The notes beneath the pieces were generated by a model. That model did not search any database and was not told the DNA's origin. It worked only from the letters and a program-made list of their open reading frames with translations. A program made the position numbers and the translations under genes. 64,000 nucleotides of DNA from a virus: IMG/VR virus record IMGVR_UViG_3300043433_000028, one strand, 5' to 3'. Each line of letters starts with the position of its first letter. Position 1 is the first letter of the stretch. Shown here one piece after another: positions 26,746 through 37,507 of the stretch.

Positions 26746-28052
26746 TGAAGTTCGGACAAGATTTCGAGAAAGTATTTTTTAAGCTTTCATTACAAAAACC
26801 TAAATATTTAGAAGCCATCAAAAAAGGCTTTTACACGAGTGAAGAAATAGATGCAATGCACTATTTAGCTACTAAGTTTTATGAAAAGTTTCATGAAGCT
26901 CCATCAAAAGAGCAAATGAAATTGTTAATTCAACGAGGTAAAAAAGAAGTTGATGAAGATTTAATAGACATTGTTTATGCTTCAGATCTTACACAATATG
27001 ATGAAGAGTGGATGAATTCTACTGCAGAATCATGGATCAAGTGGAGAAACTTCGACACAACATTAATCGATACCATTGAATATATCAAAACAACACAGGT
27101 TAATCCTGACAATGTTGATGATATTATCTCAAAGGTTAAAGGACTTATTAATGATAGAAATTCACTTACATTTAATTCAGATTTAGGTTTAGATTTCTTT
27201 AATCCAACAGATCACTTTCAAGAAGGTGTTACTAAATTCTCAACTGGTTATAATTTCCTAGATAGAGCTTTAGGTGGTGGATATGACAAAGACGGTACTT
27301 TAGTTGTTTACGTAGGTGAGCAAAATATCGGTAAGTCAATCTATTTAGCTAATGATGCTTCTAACTTTGTAAAAATGGGTGTTAACACTGCAGTAATTAC
27401 AGCAGAGATGTCAGCTCATAAATTTATGAAGCGTATTGGTTCTAATGTTCTTTCTATTCCAATGACAGAATACGATGACAAAGCCAAAAACGTAGACTAT
27501 CTTAGAAGAAAGTTAGAAACTGTAGGAGATGGTTTGACTCCACCAGGTCAATTATTCGTTAAGCAATTTCCAACTTCTCAAGCTACAGTACCAGATATTG
27601 AAGCATACTTAAAACAAATCGAAGAAGAACGTAAGATCAAATTAGGCGTTGTGGTTATCGACTACATTAACATCTTGTCAAATTACAGAAATCCAAACTC
27701 TGAAAACACATACTTAAAAATCAAGCAAATTGCTGAAGATTTAAGAGCCATGGGAGTTAGAAACAAATGGTTAATTGTAACAGCAACGCAGATTACTCGC
27801 TCAGGATATAATTCAAGTGACATATCTATGACAGACGTTGCAGAATCTGCAGGTCTTTCACACACAGCTGACGTTATGTTAGGTATTATTCAAGACGATA
27901 TTATGAGAGCCAGTTATGAATACTGGTTAAAGATTTTAAAAATTAGAGATGGTGAAGGTCGTGGAGTTAAATGTAAATTAGCTATTAACTATCAATACAT
28001 GAGACTAACAGAGACCGACGATATTTCAAATTCAAACATACATTCAATATAA
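26745..28052 (+). CDS. gp41: Replicative DnaB-like helicase
   Basis: GEQNIGKS, ITAEMS, VVIDYIN, TATQITR, ESAGL...AD. Confidence 0.92.
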   Translation: MKFGQDFEKVFFKLSLQKPKYLEAIKKGFYTSEEIDAMHYLATKFYEKFHEAPSKEQMKLLIQRGKKEVDEDLIDIVYASDLTQYDEEWMNSTAESWIKWRNFDTTLIDTIEYIKTTQVNPDNVDDIISKVKGLINDRNSLTFNSDLGLDFFNPTDHFQEGVTKFSTGYNFLDRALGGGYDKDGTLVVYVGEQNIGKSIYLANDASNFVKMGVNTAVITAEMSAHKFMKRIGSNVLSIPMTEYDDKAKNVDYLRRKLETVGDGLTPPGQLFVKQFPTSQATVPDIEAYLKQIEEERKIKLGVVVIDYINILSNYRNPNSENTYLKIKQIAEDLRAMGVRNKWLIVTATQITRSGYNSSDISMTDVAESAGLSHTADVMLGIIQDDIMRASYEYWLKILKIRDGEGRGVKCKLAINYQYMRLTETDDISNSNIHSI

Positions 28053-28056
28053 AACT

Positions 28057-28515
28057 ATGGAACAAACTCCAAATCCAATTAAAAGAGACAAAATATTTGA
28101 CAATACGTTTGAAGAACAAGATTTTCAATTAGATTCAAGTATTTCATTTCAGATCTCACCGCAATATAGTGACGATAGAGATGAAGAAGATAAAATTCAA
28201 TTAGAGATGATTAGACGTGATATTCATGGTCTAATAGATAAATCTAGATTTAGATCATTCAATGACTTAGATGATTTATCTCAAGCTAAAAAGCTTAAAA
28301 AGATGGATATTAATGAAATCTATGAATTTATCGTCTCTGAATTAAATTTAAAGTATTCACAGATAGAATTATTTTCTGAAACTTCAGATTATTTCAATAT
28401 CAATCCAACTAAATTCTATGCCTCTTTAAGTAACAAGTTCAAAGAAGAATTAATACAAGAGTTAGACATTAGAACTAAGATTTTAAAAAAGAAAAAGATT
28501 AATCGTTTATTTTAA
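28057..28515 (+). CDS. Possible gp33-like late transcription coactivator with N-terminal extension
   Basis: C-terminal helical block resembles T4-like gp33; ends KKINRLF. Confidence 0.35.
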   Translation: MEQTPNPIKRDKIFDNTFEEQDFQLDSSISFQISPQYSDDRDEEDKIQLEMIRRDIHGLIDKSRFRSFNDLDDLSQAKKLKKMDINEIYEFIVSELNLKYSQIELFSETSDYFNINPTKFYASLSNKFKEELIQELDIRTKILKKKKINRLF

Positions 28516-29630
28516 TGATAGAAGATAAAACATTAAAGCAACCAGTCAAAAGAGTGTGGGTCCTTGGGGATCTGCACTTTGGCGTTAGATCTAATTCGAT
28601 CGAGTGGCTTGAAATTCAGCAAGATTTTTTTGAAAACGTATTTATTCCTACCTTAAAAAAGCACGTTAAGCCAGGCGATGTTTTAGTACAGGTTGGTGAT
28701 GTCTTTGACAATAGACAAAGCATAAACCTTAAAGTATTACACTACGCGATAGATTTATTCGAGAGACTTGGTAAGATATTGCCAACACATGTTATTTGCG
28801 GTAATCATGATATTTGGGCTAAAAAATCAAATGAGGTAACTTCAATTGATACTTTAAAATGGATTCCTAACGTTAACATCTATAAAAAACCAAAGGCATT
28901 AAATTGGAATGGTAAAGAAATTCTAATGATGCCTTGGAGAAGAGATGAAGATCATGAGATCGAAACGTTACTTAAGTTTCCAAAAACAAATATAGTTTTC
29001 TGTCACTCTGAAGTTGCAGGCGTAGCCTTAAATGCTAAAGTTAGAAACTTACACGGAACAGACAGCGAATCATATAAAGGATATGACGCAGTTTACTCAG
29101 GTCACATTCATTACAGACAGACTAAAGGTAAACTTAGATTAGTAGGAACACCATACGAGTTAACCAGATCAGATTCTGGTAATGCTAAAGGATTTGACTT
29201 GGTAGATTTAGAAACTATGGAAGAAACGTTCTTTCACAATGACAAATCACCTAAGTTTTTAAAATTCAACTTAAAGAGTCTTTATATGGTTCAATTGGGT
29301 GAATTTAAAAAACAAATTGAAAATAATTTTGTAGATCTTTACGTTCCATCTAAAATTGCAACGTCAAGCGCTCTTTCTAAATTAATCAATAGAGTACAGA
29401 AAATATCTAGAAAAATAGAACCAAACATCTACGAAGATGATGATCTATTAGACAAAGATTTGTATGACATGGATCAAATAGAAGATCTTTACAAAAATTA
29501 CAATATTTTGCACTTATGTAATATGTATGTTGACGGTACACATCACGATGATGATGTGAAACAAAAGCTTAAACAAACATTAAAACAACTACACGATAGA
29601 AGTGCATACAACTACGATCTTGACATATGA
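28515..29630 (+). CDS. gp47: Mre11/SbcD-like nuclease
   Basis: GDLHFG, GDVFD, GNHD, CHSE, SGHIH. Confidence 0.92.
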   Translation: MIEDKTLKQPVKRVWVLGDLHFGVRSNSIEWLEIQQDFFENVFIPTLKKHVKPGDVLVQVGDVFDNRQSINLKVLHYAIDLFERLGKILPTHVICGNHDIWAKKSNEVTSIDTLKWIPNVNIYKKPKALNWNGKEILMMPWRRDEDHEIETLLKFPKTNIVFCHSEVAGVALNAKVRNLHGTDSESYKGYDAVYSGHIHYRQTKGKLRLVGTPYELTRSDSGNAKGFDLVDLETMEETFFHNDKSPKFLKFNLKSLYMVQLGEFKKQIENNFVDLYVPSKIATSSALSKLINRVQKISRKIEPNIYEDDDLLDKDLYDMDQIEDLYKNYNILHLCNMYVDGTHHDDDVKQKLKQTLKQLHDRSAYNYDLDI

Positions 29631-31300
29631 GAATAAAATCTATTGAATTTAAAAACTTTGCATCTTATGGTAATAAAGCTCAAACTTTAAGCTTTGAAGA
29701 TGATAAAGCAGAATTGTTTTTAACGACTGGTAAAAATGGCGATGGTAAAACTACTATCGCCAATGCCATTGTGTTTGGGCTTTATGGTAAATTAGAAGGT
29801 GTAAAATTACAAGACTTACCTAATAGAATCAATAAAAGCTTAATGGTAAAGTTAAAGGTTCAATGTAAAAATATCGAAGTTGATATTGAACGAGGACTTG
29901 CACCTAACCATTTTAAAGTAATGCTTAATGGAATTGAATTCGATAAAGCCGGTAAAAAATCTGTTCAAGAATATTTAGAAGAAGAGGTTTACGGCATTCC
30001 TTACCATGTATTTAAAAACATTATTATTTTATCAGTTAATGACTTTAAGTCATTTTTAACCATGTCTAATAATGACAAGAAGCAAATCATCGATAGATTG
30101 TTTGGTTTCTCTATTTTAAATGATATGGCTAAATCTATTAAAGAAGAACGTAGAAATCTTAAAGTTGATTTAGATTCATTTGATAGAGAATTAAAACAGA
30201 TCAATGAAAATATGACTTCAGTACAAATGAAGTTAAATCAATTATTGGCTGAATCAAAGACTAAGAACAAAGAAAAAATCAAAGAATTAAAAGAAAAACT
30301 AATTCAATTTGATGACAATAAAAAGAAATTAGAAGAAGCTAAAGACAAGATCAAAGAAACTTTAGGCAAACAAGCAAAAGACTTAGATTCTAAAAAATCA
30401 GAATACAGCAAGTTAAAACACGAACATGATGAGCTTAAAAAGAAATTAGCTCTTTATGAAAAGAATGCGTGTCCAACTTGCGAAGCGCCTTTAACTGGTG
30501 ATTTTCACACAGACAGAAAAAATGAAATGGAACATAAATGTGAAGGCATGCCAGATCTTTTATCTACTTGCGAAACTGGAATTAGAGAACTTTCAACTGA
30601 GATCAATGCATTAAAAGCTAAAGAAACTCAGGTTTTAGAAAAGGTGTCTATGTTAAACACTAACATTAGAAACTTTAAAAATGAGCTATTAAGCATCAAA
30701 GACTCTATTGATAATAATGGCCAATTTGATCATTTAAAACAAATCATCGAAGACTTTGAGAAAAAAGAAGCTGAGAAGGCAATCAACAAGGATAAAACAA
30801 ATGTAGATTATTTATTTTTAGAAGCTGTTGAAGAAATCTTAGGTGAAGGTGGAGTTAAAAATCTAGCCATTAAAACCATTTTACCAGGATTAAATGCAAA
30901 CATTGCAGCTTTAAGCCAAACAATGCACTTAAGCTTTCAATTAAAATTCAATGAAAAGTTTGATTGTGTTATTACACATTTAGGGCAAGAGATTAATGCA
31001 ATGACTCTTTCAACAGGTGAACGTAAAAAAGCAGATTTCGTTATTATTATTTCAATCATTAAGATTCTTAAATTAAGATTTCCACAGTTAAATCTTTTAT
31101 TCTTAGATGAATTATTAAGTTCAGTTGATCAAGATGGTATTTACAACATCTTAAAAATATTGAGCCAGGTTATAAAAGAAAGTAAGATAAATACATTTGT
31201 AATCAATCATACTCCGCTTCCACACGAGATCTTTGATAAAAAGTTACACATATTTAAAGAAAACGGATTCTCTAAGTTTGAAATAGAGGCAATTGAATAA
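29627..31300 (+). CDS. gp46: Rad50/SbcC-like ATPase
   Basis: GKNGDGKTT, zinc hook CPTC, LSTGE, LFLDE, INH. Confidence 0.93.
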   Translation: MRIKSIEFKNFASYGNKAQTLSFEDDKAELFLTTGKNGDGKTTIANAIVFGLYGKLEGVKLQDLPNRINKSLMVKLKVQCKNIEVDIERGLAPNHFKVMLNGIEFDKAGKKSVQEYLEEEVYGIPYHVFKNIIILSVNDFKSFLTMSNNDKKQIIDRLFGFSILNDMAKSIKEERRNLKVDLDSFDRELKQINENMTSVQMKLNQLLAESKTKNKEKIKELKEKLIQFDDNKKKLEEAKDKIKETLGKQAKDLDSKKSEYSKLKHEHDELKKKLALYEKNACPTCEAPLTGDFHTDRKNEMEHKCEGMPDLLSTCETGIRELSTEINALKAKETQVLEKVSMLNTNIRNFKNELLSIKDSIDNNGQFDHLKQIIEDFEKKEAEKAINKDKTNVDYLFLEAVEEILGEGGVKNLAIKTILPGLNANIAALSQTMHLSFQLKFNEKFDCVITHLGQEINAMTLSTGERKKADFVIIISIIKILKLRFPQLNLLFLDELLSSVDQDGIYNILKILSQVIKESKINTFVINHTPLPHEIFDKKLHIFKENGFSKFEIEAIE

Positions 31301-31325
31301 ATGACAAGTTACAATCTTATATACA

Positions 31326-31334
31326 GATATATAA
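31326..31334 (+). promoter_or_regulatory. Putative late promoter GATATATAA
   Basis: Upstream of the GIY-YIG gene. Confidence 0.6.
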
Positions 31335-31338
31335 GTAT

Positions 31339-32133
31339 ATGAAACAGTATCATTACACATATCAAATAATTAATTTACTAAATAAAATATCTTATATAGG
31401 TTTAAGAACTTCTAATATAGAACCTGAGAAAGATTTAGGTCATAAGTATTTTTCTAGCAGTACTGATAGTCTCTTTATGAAAGAGCAAATTGAATATCCT
31501 CTAAATTTTAAATATGAAATATTAAATGTATTTGATAATAGATTAGAAGCTATTAATGACGAAATGCGATTACATGAGATGTATGACGTCGGATCTAATC
31601 CAATGTTTTATAATAAACAAAAACAAGGCTCTCATGTAATAGATTTTACAGGAAAAAATCACACTGAAGATTCTAAAATTAAAATAGGCGTTGCTAGCAA
31701 AGAAAGAGGTATTAGCGATAAAGCTCGTGAAAATTTACAATGGCATGGTAAAAATAGAAAGAGAACTGAAGAAGAAAAAAAGAAAATGGCAAATGCCAAA
31801 TTAGGCAATACCAATGCTTCAGGAAAAAGATCGGAAGAAGTAAAAAGAAAAATATCAGAAGCAAAGAAAGGTAAAGAATCTTCATTTAAAGGTAAAACAC
31901 ATTCTATTGAATCAAAGAAAAAAATGTCAAATGCTAAATCAGGCGATAATAATCCAAAATATTGGAAAGGCAAAAATAGATTAGATGAAACTAAACGTAA
32001 AATATCTGAAAATAGAAAAGGAAAAGGAACAGGACCAGCTATTAAAACAAAATGTCCGCATTGTAAAAAAGAAGGCGGTTATTCTGCAATGATGAGGTGG
32101 CATTTTAATAACTGTAGTAAAAAGAATATATAA
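31339..32133 (+). mobile_element. Free-standing GIY-YIG (Seg-like) homing endonuclease gene with NUMOD3 repeats
   Basis: YTYQI...SYIG, HTEDSKIKI / EEKKKMAN / HSIESKKKMS repeats, C-terminal CPHC. Confidence 0.85.
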
Positions 32134-32137
32134 AAAT

Positions 32138-32938
32138 ATGAGCACGTATAATTCGCGATTTAACGCAGATGACAGTATAATAAGACATATTATTATAGGC
32201 CTAATTTCAGACCTTAATAATAAAATTTACTTTTACAGACAAAAGGACAATGATACTAGAGTAGTTGTAGATGTTCCATTTTATTACTCAATCACAGGAG
32301 ATGATCAATTCTTAAGAGATAATTTCTTATTTACTACACCAGATGGCTTAGATTGTGTACCTGATAAAATGTTTGCCGATGGAAATTATGACTCTATACC
32401 AAGAGGCGTTGCAAATTTAACATCTTTATCAATAGATTCAAGTAAATTAGTCAATAAAGGCGTTAGAGGATCTTACACTAAATTAAATAGCGAAGGTGCC
32501 ATGGAAGGTTACAACGCTGAATTTACAATGATTCCAGTGACTCTTGGCTTTTCAATTGAGGTTTTAGTTGGTTCACAATTAGACTCATTAAAAATCACCG
32601 AAATGATTATCAAAAGACTTTACAAGTCTAATTATTTCAACGTTGACGTTGGACACTTAAATGAAGGTACATATAGAATCGCTTCATATTATGCCATGCC
32701 AGATGATTATGAGAACGAAAGACCTATAGAATTTACGTTTGATGACAAAGATAAATACAAAATTACATTCTCAGTTGAAGTAAATTCATTCATACCAGCT
32801 TTTGAATTTGACACAGAAATACATTCAGGTAACAGAATGTTTGAAATACTTTCAACAGTAACAGATCAAAAAATTGAAAGCTTTACAAGAGGATCTAATA
32901 CAGATGACGTGAATATTATAGATAAAAACGACATATAA
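32138..32938 (+). CDS. gp15: Tail sheath stabiliser / tail terminator (gp15-like)
   Basis: IRHIIIG..., VDVPFYY, PRG..LTSLSID, PVTLGFSI pattern. Confidence 0.6.
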   Translation: MSTYNSRFNADDSIIRHIIIGLISDLNNKIYFYRQKDNDTRVVVDVPFYYSITGDDQFLRDNFLFTTPDGLDCVPDKMFADGNYDSIPRGVANLTSLSIDSSKLVNKGVRGSYTKLNSEGAMEGYNAEFTMIPVTLGFSIEVLVGSQLDSLKITEMIIKRLYKSNYFNVDVGHLNEGTYRIASYYAMPDDYENERPIEFTFDDKDKYKITFSVEVNSFIPAFEFDTEIHSGNRMFEILSTVTDQKIESFTRGSNTDDVNIIDKNDI

Positions 32939-32944
32939 TATTAG

Positions 32945-32953
32945 GATATATAA
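32945..32953 (+). promoter_or_regulatory. Putative late promoter GATATATAA
   Basis: Motif match. Confidence 0.65.
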
Positions 32954-32978
32954 TAAAAGATAAAAAAATTAACAAAAA

Positions 32979-33740
32979 ATGAGAACAAATATTCTTGCTC
33001 CTTTAGTACAATCAGAGACTTCTGCTACATTTTATTTAAATGGTAGAATCTTTGAAATGTCAGGTGATTCAGTTTCTGTAGTAGAAACTTCAAACAATGC
33101 TAATTTAAATTCTGCAATTGCAGCTTTTGAAACTTTTGAATTTAGCGAAAACAATGTTAGATGGTATTTAGGTACTTCTAGATTTAACTATAACATTGCA
33201 GAAAACAAATTTACATGGGGTAATTCAGAGATTTTATCTGAAAGTTTCTCTAAGCATATTTTTGCAGGTGGTGCAATTAGATATGAAAACTTAAAAACTG
33301 CTGAATTATTCGAAGCTATTCCAGCAATGTTGGAATCTTATATCGTTTTAGATATGGTTGCATGTTTTGAAGGAAATAACATTACAGTTGATTTAATCAA
33401 AGCTGATGAAAAACTTTATGTTTCTAGAAACAACAAAGGAAATCACATCTATAAATTCTTTGAAGCTAAAAACGCAAATGAAGCTTTAGAATATGTTAAA
33501 GAACAAACAGGTGAAGATGCATCTGCATTCTTAATTGAATCTTTAGAAGGTGAAGCTGCAACTTTAGCAGATGTACAAGCACAAATTAGTGAGTGTCAAG
33601 AAACTATCGCTTTCTTAAAAGATCAAAGAAATGTATTAGCTGAAGCTGATAGAAATTTACCAGAAATTAAAGAAGCTAATAACTTTCTTTTAGCTGAAAT
33701 TAAATCATGGGAATCTAAGATTGCTGAATTACAAGCATAA
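32979..33740 (+). CDS. Hypothetical late (probably virion) protein
   Basis: Late promoter upstream, terminator downstream, C-terminal coiled coil. Confidence 0.55.
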   Translation: MRTNILAPLVQSETSATFYLNGRIFEMSGDSVSVVETSNNANLNSAIAAFETFEFSENNVRWYLGTSRFNYNIAENKFTWGNSEILSESFSKHIFAGGAIRYENLKTAELFEAIPAMLESYIVLDMVACFEGNNITVDLIKADEKLYVSRNNKGNHIYKFFEAKNANEALEYVKEQTGEDASAFLIESLEGEAATLADVQAQISECQETIAFLKDQRNVLAEADRNLPEIKEANNFLLAEIKSWESKIAELQA

Positions 33741-33758
33741 CATTCTACACAAATATTT

Positions 33759-33787
33759 AAAAGGGGTCGCTAATGCGTCCCCTTTTT
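33759..33787 (+). terminator. Intrinsic terminator
   Basis: AAAAGGGG.CGC-TAAT-GCG.CCCCTTTTT. Confidence 0.8.
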
Positions 33788-33793
33788 AGTTTA

Positions 33794-33821
33794 TAAACAA
33801 AATCAAATACTTACGTATAAT
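33794..33821 (+). promoter_or_regulatory. Putative middle promoter TAAAC-N17-TATAAT
   Basis: Motif and spacing match; upstream of gp55. Confidence 0.65.
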
Positions 33822-33841
33822 AAACTAAAAACAGACATACA

Positions 33842-34294
33842 TTGGCAACAAACACTAAAATTACAGAACAAAAGCCCGCAGTTGTTGAAACTCCAACGCC
33901 GGTTAAGAAACCAGCCAGAAAGAAAAACTATTTAAACAATAGGGATTTATACGATCAAATCGTGCTTTCAAAAGAGCAAGAAAAATTAACTAAAGAAGCT
34001 GAGAAGATGCTTATTCTCTTGGCAGAAAAAGCAATCAATAGAATGAGATATGTTGATGAAAAAGACAGAGAAGACTGTTTATCATTTGCTATTTTAGATT
34101 TATTAAAATATTGGAAAGGCTTTAACCCAAAGTACACCAATGCATTTGCATACTTTACAGAAATCGCAAAAAGAGGTTATGCTAAAGGTTGGAATGCAAT
34201 TCACCCAGAAAAATACAAAGGCACTATATCATTGAACAAAGCTAATTCTCACAATGGAGAAGACAGCGATATGGGTGGAATTTACACAATCTAA
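33842..34294 (+). CDS. gp55: Late-transcription sigma factor (gp55-like)
   Basis: NYLNNRDL, EDCLSFAI..LLKY..GFNP...NAFAYFTEI; TTG start. Confidence 0.88.
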   Translation: MATNTKITEQKPAVVETPTPVKKPARKKNYLNNRDLYDQIVLSKEQEKLTKEAEKMLILLAEKAINRMRYVDEKDREDCLSFAILDLLKYWKGFNPKYTNAFAYFTEIAKRGYAKGWNAIHPEKYKGTISLNKANSHNGEDSDMGGIYTI

Positions 34295-34297
34295 CAA

Positions 34298-34783
34298 ATG
34301 TCAATAAAAAACGTAAGACCTACAAAAAAGTCAGGATTCAATCAAGGTTATTATATACCTAATGATCCGACTAAATATGTTGGTCCTTCGCCGATCATAT
34401 ATAGATCTTCATGGGAAAGAAAGTTTATGATGTGGTGTGATAATAATGACAAGGTTTTATTGTGGTCCAGCGAACCCGTAGAAGTGGAATACATATCTAG
34501 ACAAGATAATAGAAAACATAAATATTATCCAGATTTTTATATGAAAGTTCTTCAAGAAGATAATAATCTTAAAGAATTTCTAGTAGAAATCAAACCAAAA
34601 CAGCAATTGATTAAACCTGAGCCTCCAAAAAAAGCTTCTAAAAAAGCGTTGAGCTCATATCAATTTTTAGCAGAACAGTATATTAAAAATTTAGACAAAT
34701 ATACGTATGCAAAAGAATATTGTAAAAACAGAAATTGGAGCTTTATAGTTCTAACAGAAGATTCTATTAATGGATTACGTTAA
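34298..34783 (+). CDS. gp4: Head completion nuclease (gp4, TnsA-like)
   Basis: KYVG, YRSSWE, WSSE, YYPDF, VEIKP. Confidence 0.88.
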   Translation: MSIKNVRPTKKSGFNQGYYIPNDPTKYVGPSPIIYRSSWERKFMMWCDNNDKVLLWSSEPVEVEYISRQDNRKHKYYPDFYMKVLQEDNNLKEFLVEIKPKQQLIKPEPPKKASKKALSSYQFLAEQYIKNLDKYTYAKEYCKNRNWSFIVLTEDSINGLR

Positions 34784-35387
34784 GAAAGAAATATTGAAAA
34801 TGATTAAAGAAAATAAGAGCAAAAAAGAAGCTCGAAATGTTTCTGAAAAATGGTTTTCAGATGCTCTTAAGAGTAGAAAAGATAAATCTGTTGAAAGAAC
34901 ACCCAAACCATTTGAACCTGGTAAAATATATGTATTCGATTATATTAACCCAGTAACAAAGGAAACCTTAGAATGGTGGGATATGAATCCAGTTGTTTTA
35001 GCACTATTACCAATTGACAAAACAACAGAGTGTGGTATTAATTTAAATTTGCTGCCTGTTAAATTTAAAGAAGAGTTTTTAGATAATTTTTATAAAATAT
35101 ATCACTCTCAGATTGCAGCTCAATCTACAGGCATTAAGAAAAACAGCGCAGCAATACAAGGACCTTTAAGATCTTTAAGATACGAAGTTGTTAAGAAATA
35201 CTTAGATAACTTTGGCTTTGGCTTTGCAATTAGAAGATATAAAACACATCTCAAAAAGAATCAAGCTGTAGTATCTTACGAAAGCTGGGCAAAAATAGCA
35301 TTGTGTGATTTCATAAAGCTAAATGGAGCTAGCCCGTGGAAAATCAAGAGACTTTTCACAGAGTACTATAGAAATATGAATATATAA
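34770..35387 (+). CDS. gp2: DNA end protector (gp2-like)
   Basis: PGKIYVFDY, WDMNP, GINLNLLP, AIRRY. Confidence 0.8.
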   Translation: MDYVKKEILKMIKENKSKKEARNVSEKWFSDALKSRKDKSVERTPKPFEPGKIYVFDYINPVTKETLEWWDMNPVVLALLPIDKTTECGINLNLLPVKFKEEFLDNFYKIYHSQIAAQSTGIKKNSAAIQGPLRSLRYEVVKKYLDNFGFGFAIRRYKTHLKKNQAVVSYESWAKIALCDFIKLNGASPWKIKRLFTEYYRNMNI

Positions 35388-35419
35388 TTAAATAAGTAAA
35401 AAACTAAATACAAAATATA

Positions 35420-37042
35420 ATGGCAGGATTCGTAGACAGAAACGGACCGTTTAGTACAGGTAAAAGACCCTTTAGATTAAGCGATACACTTAAAAAGTTA
35501 TCGTCTTTTGGTATGTATTACGACGATTTAGTGTTAAGACAATCGCAAGCGATCGGTCCAATGGAAGATCAATTTGGCTATGGTCAAATGAACTTAATGG
35601 GCGTAGATTCAGATGACATTTATGGTGCATTTGCTGCATTGTCTATGGCAGATACTAACATGAGAAAGAACCTTCCGTTCTTTGACATGAATTATAAATC
35701 TAAAAGAGATGAATTAAGACAATTTTCTCTTTATGATGAAATCGAAGACATTCTAGATATTCTTTGCGATGAATCTATTGTATTTGATGAGAAAAACTTT
35801 ATAGCAACACCAACTTTAATCGGTATGGAAGTTTCTGAAGAAGTTACATCTTATATGCATAAATCATTTAGAAACATTTATCAGTATTTTGGTTTTGCTG
35901 GAGATCAATCAGCATGGTTTTACTTTAGAAAATGGTTAATTGACGGTTATTTAGCATTTGAGATCGTTTATAATCCTGAAATGACAGAGATTATTGGTTT
36001 TAAAGAAATTGATCCAACCACATTAGTTCCAGGTTACAACAAAGAAGATGGTAAAAAAGTTTGGGTTCAGTTTAAAGACGATCCAATTAAAGAGCGCAAA
36101 TTATATGATGCGCAAATTATTTACATCTCATACTCTTCTATTACTACAGCATCGCGTATTTCTTACGTAGAAAGATTAATCAGAGCATTTAACTTATTGA
36201 GAGTTATGGAACATACCAGAGTTATTTGGGCTGTTACAAATGCTTCATATAGAATGAAATTTATTATCCCAGTTGGTGGTAAATCTAAAACAAGAGCAAA
36301 ACAATCTTTGGCTCAGTTGATGAATAACTATAAAGAAGTAGTTGATTTTGATTGGGATTCAGGCGTTTTACAAACTAATGGTAAACCAATGCTTCAATTT
36401 AATAAAGAATATTGGTTACCTTCAAAAGACGGTGAACAACCAGAAATTGAAACTTTAGGTGGTGAAGGTCCAGAAATTAATGACGTTGAGTCTTTAAAAT
36501 ACTTCTCAGATAAATTAAAGCACGTTTCTAAGATTCCATATAGTAGATTTATGTACGAAGATGGTGGCGGTGAAAACAACATGGCAGCTGACGGTATGAT
36601 TAGAGATGAGATTAAATTCGCTAAATTCGTTAACCGTTTAAGATCTTCATTCCAAGAAATTTTAGTTAAACCTTTATGGTTGCAAATGTGTATTAAGTTC
36701 CCTGAATTCAAAGAGGATCCAATGTTTAGAACACAAATCGCATTAAGATATAATGAAGAAAACATGTTTGCTGAAATGAAAAACATGGAAATCATGGAAA
36801 AACGTTTAGATTTTATTGGCAATATGCGTAATAACTTAATGACGACAAATCCAATGACGATGGAAGAAGAACATTACTTCGATTTAGATTTCTTAGTAGA
36901 TAAATACTTAAAGCTAAATAACGATGATAAAACAGCTAATGAAGCTGCTAAAGCAAGAGCAGAAGCTAAAAAGGCTGCAGAACCAGAAGATCCTAATGCA
37001 ATGGCTATGATGGGCGGATTGCCAGGTGCTGGTGGATTCTAA
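35420..37042 (+). CDS. gp20: Portal protein
   Basis: FRKWLIDG, YVERLIRAFNLLRVME, EYWLP, EIETLGG, KIPYSR, RDEIKFAKFV.RLR. Confidence 0.95.
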   Translation: MAGFVDRNGPFSTGKRPFRLSDTLKKLSSFGMYYDDLVLRQSQAIGPMEDQFGYGQMNLMGVDSDDIYGAFAALSMADTNMRKNLPFFDMNYKSKRDELRQFSLYDEIEDILDILCDESIVFDEKNFIATPTLIGMEVSEEVTSYMHKSFRNIYQYFGFAGDQSAWFYFRKWLIDGYLAFEIVYNPEMTEIIGFKEIDPTTLVPGYNKEDGKKVWVQFKDDPIKERKLYDAQIIYISYSSITTASRISYVERLIRAFNLLRVMEHTRVIWAVTNASYRMKFIIPVGGKSKTRAKQSLAQLMNNYKEVVDFDWDSGVLQTNGKPMLQFNKEYWLPSKDGEQPEIETLGGEGPEINDVESLKYFSDKLKHVSKIPYSRFMYEDGGGENNMAADGMIRDEIKFAKFVNRLRSSFQEILVKPLWLQMCIKFPEFKEDPMFRTQIALRYNEENMFAEMKNMEIMEKRLDFIGNMRNNLMTTNPMTMEEEHYFDLDFLVDKYLKLNNDDKTANEAAKARAEAKKAAEPEDPNAMAMMGGLPGAGGF

Positions 37043-37066
37043 CAAAATAAATTGAATACATATAAT

Positions 37067-37447
37067 ATGAAAAAATTAATTAAAACATTCGAACAATTTA
37101 TATTTGAAGCAGAAGCTGTTAAGGCCGAAGATTCAGATGTTTATATCGATGATGTGTCTGCGGACGGATCAGATACTGTAATCAAAGGTGTTGAAATTTT
37201 AGGAGCTATTAAAGCATCTGCTACAGAAAAAGAATTTAAAGACTATTTCTTTCAACAATACGGTCAAACTACTTTAACACCAGAAGATATGGCTAAATTA
37301 TGTACATATTACAATGAGTATAAAGAAGAAGAGAACAAAGAAAAAGCAGATTCAGAAAAAGAAGGAGAAGACGATGCAGCTTCTACTGAAGAAGATCCAT
37401 TAGCAGGTTTAGACACCGATTTACCAACAGGCGAAGACGGAAAATAA
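37067..37447 (+). CDS. Acidic prohead core / internal protein (gp67/68 position)
   Basis: Starts MKKLIKTFEQFIFE; lies between portal and protease. Confidence 0.6.
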   Translation: MKKLIKTFEQFIFEAEAVKAEDSDVYIDDVSADGSDTVIKGVEILGAIKASATEKEFKDYFFQQYGQTTLTPEDMAKLCTYYNEYKEEENKEKADSEKEGEDDAASTEEDPLAGLDTDLPTGEDGK

Positions 37448-37475
37448 TAATAATAATTTTTGCATTTTAAACAAG

Positions 37476-37484
37476 GATATATAA
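37476..37484 (+). promoter_or_regulatory. Putative late promoter GATATATAA
   Basis: Motif match. Confidence 0.7.
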
Positions 37485-37507
37485 TCCAAAATATACTATA
37501 AAAATAT

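Noticed and set aside
28034-28053. AAAC...TATAAA before 28057 as a middle promoter
   Set aside because: The spacer is 10 nt, not 17.
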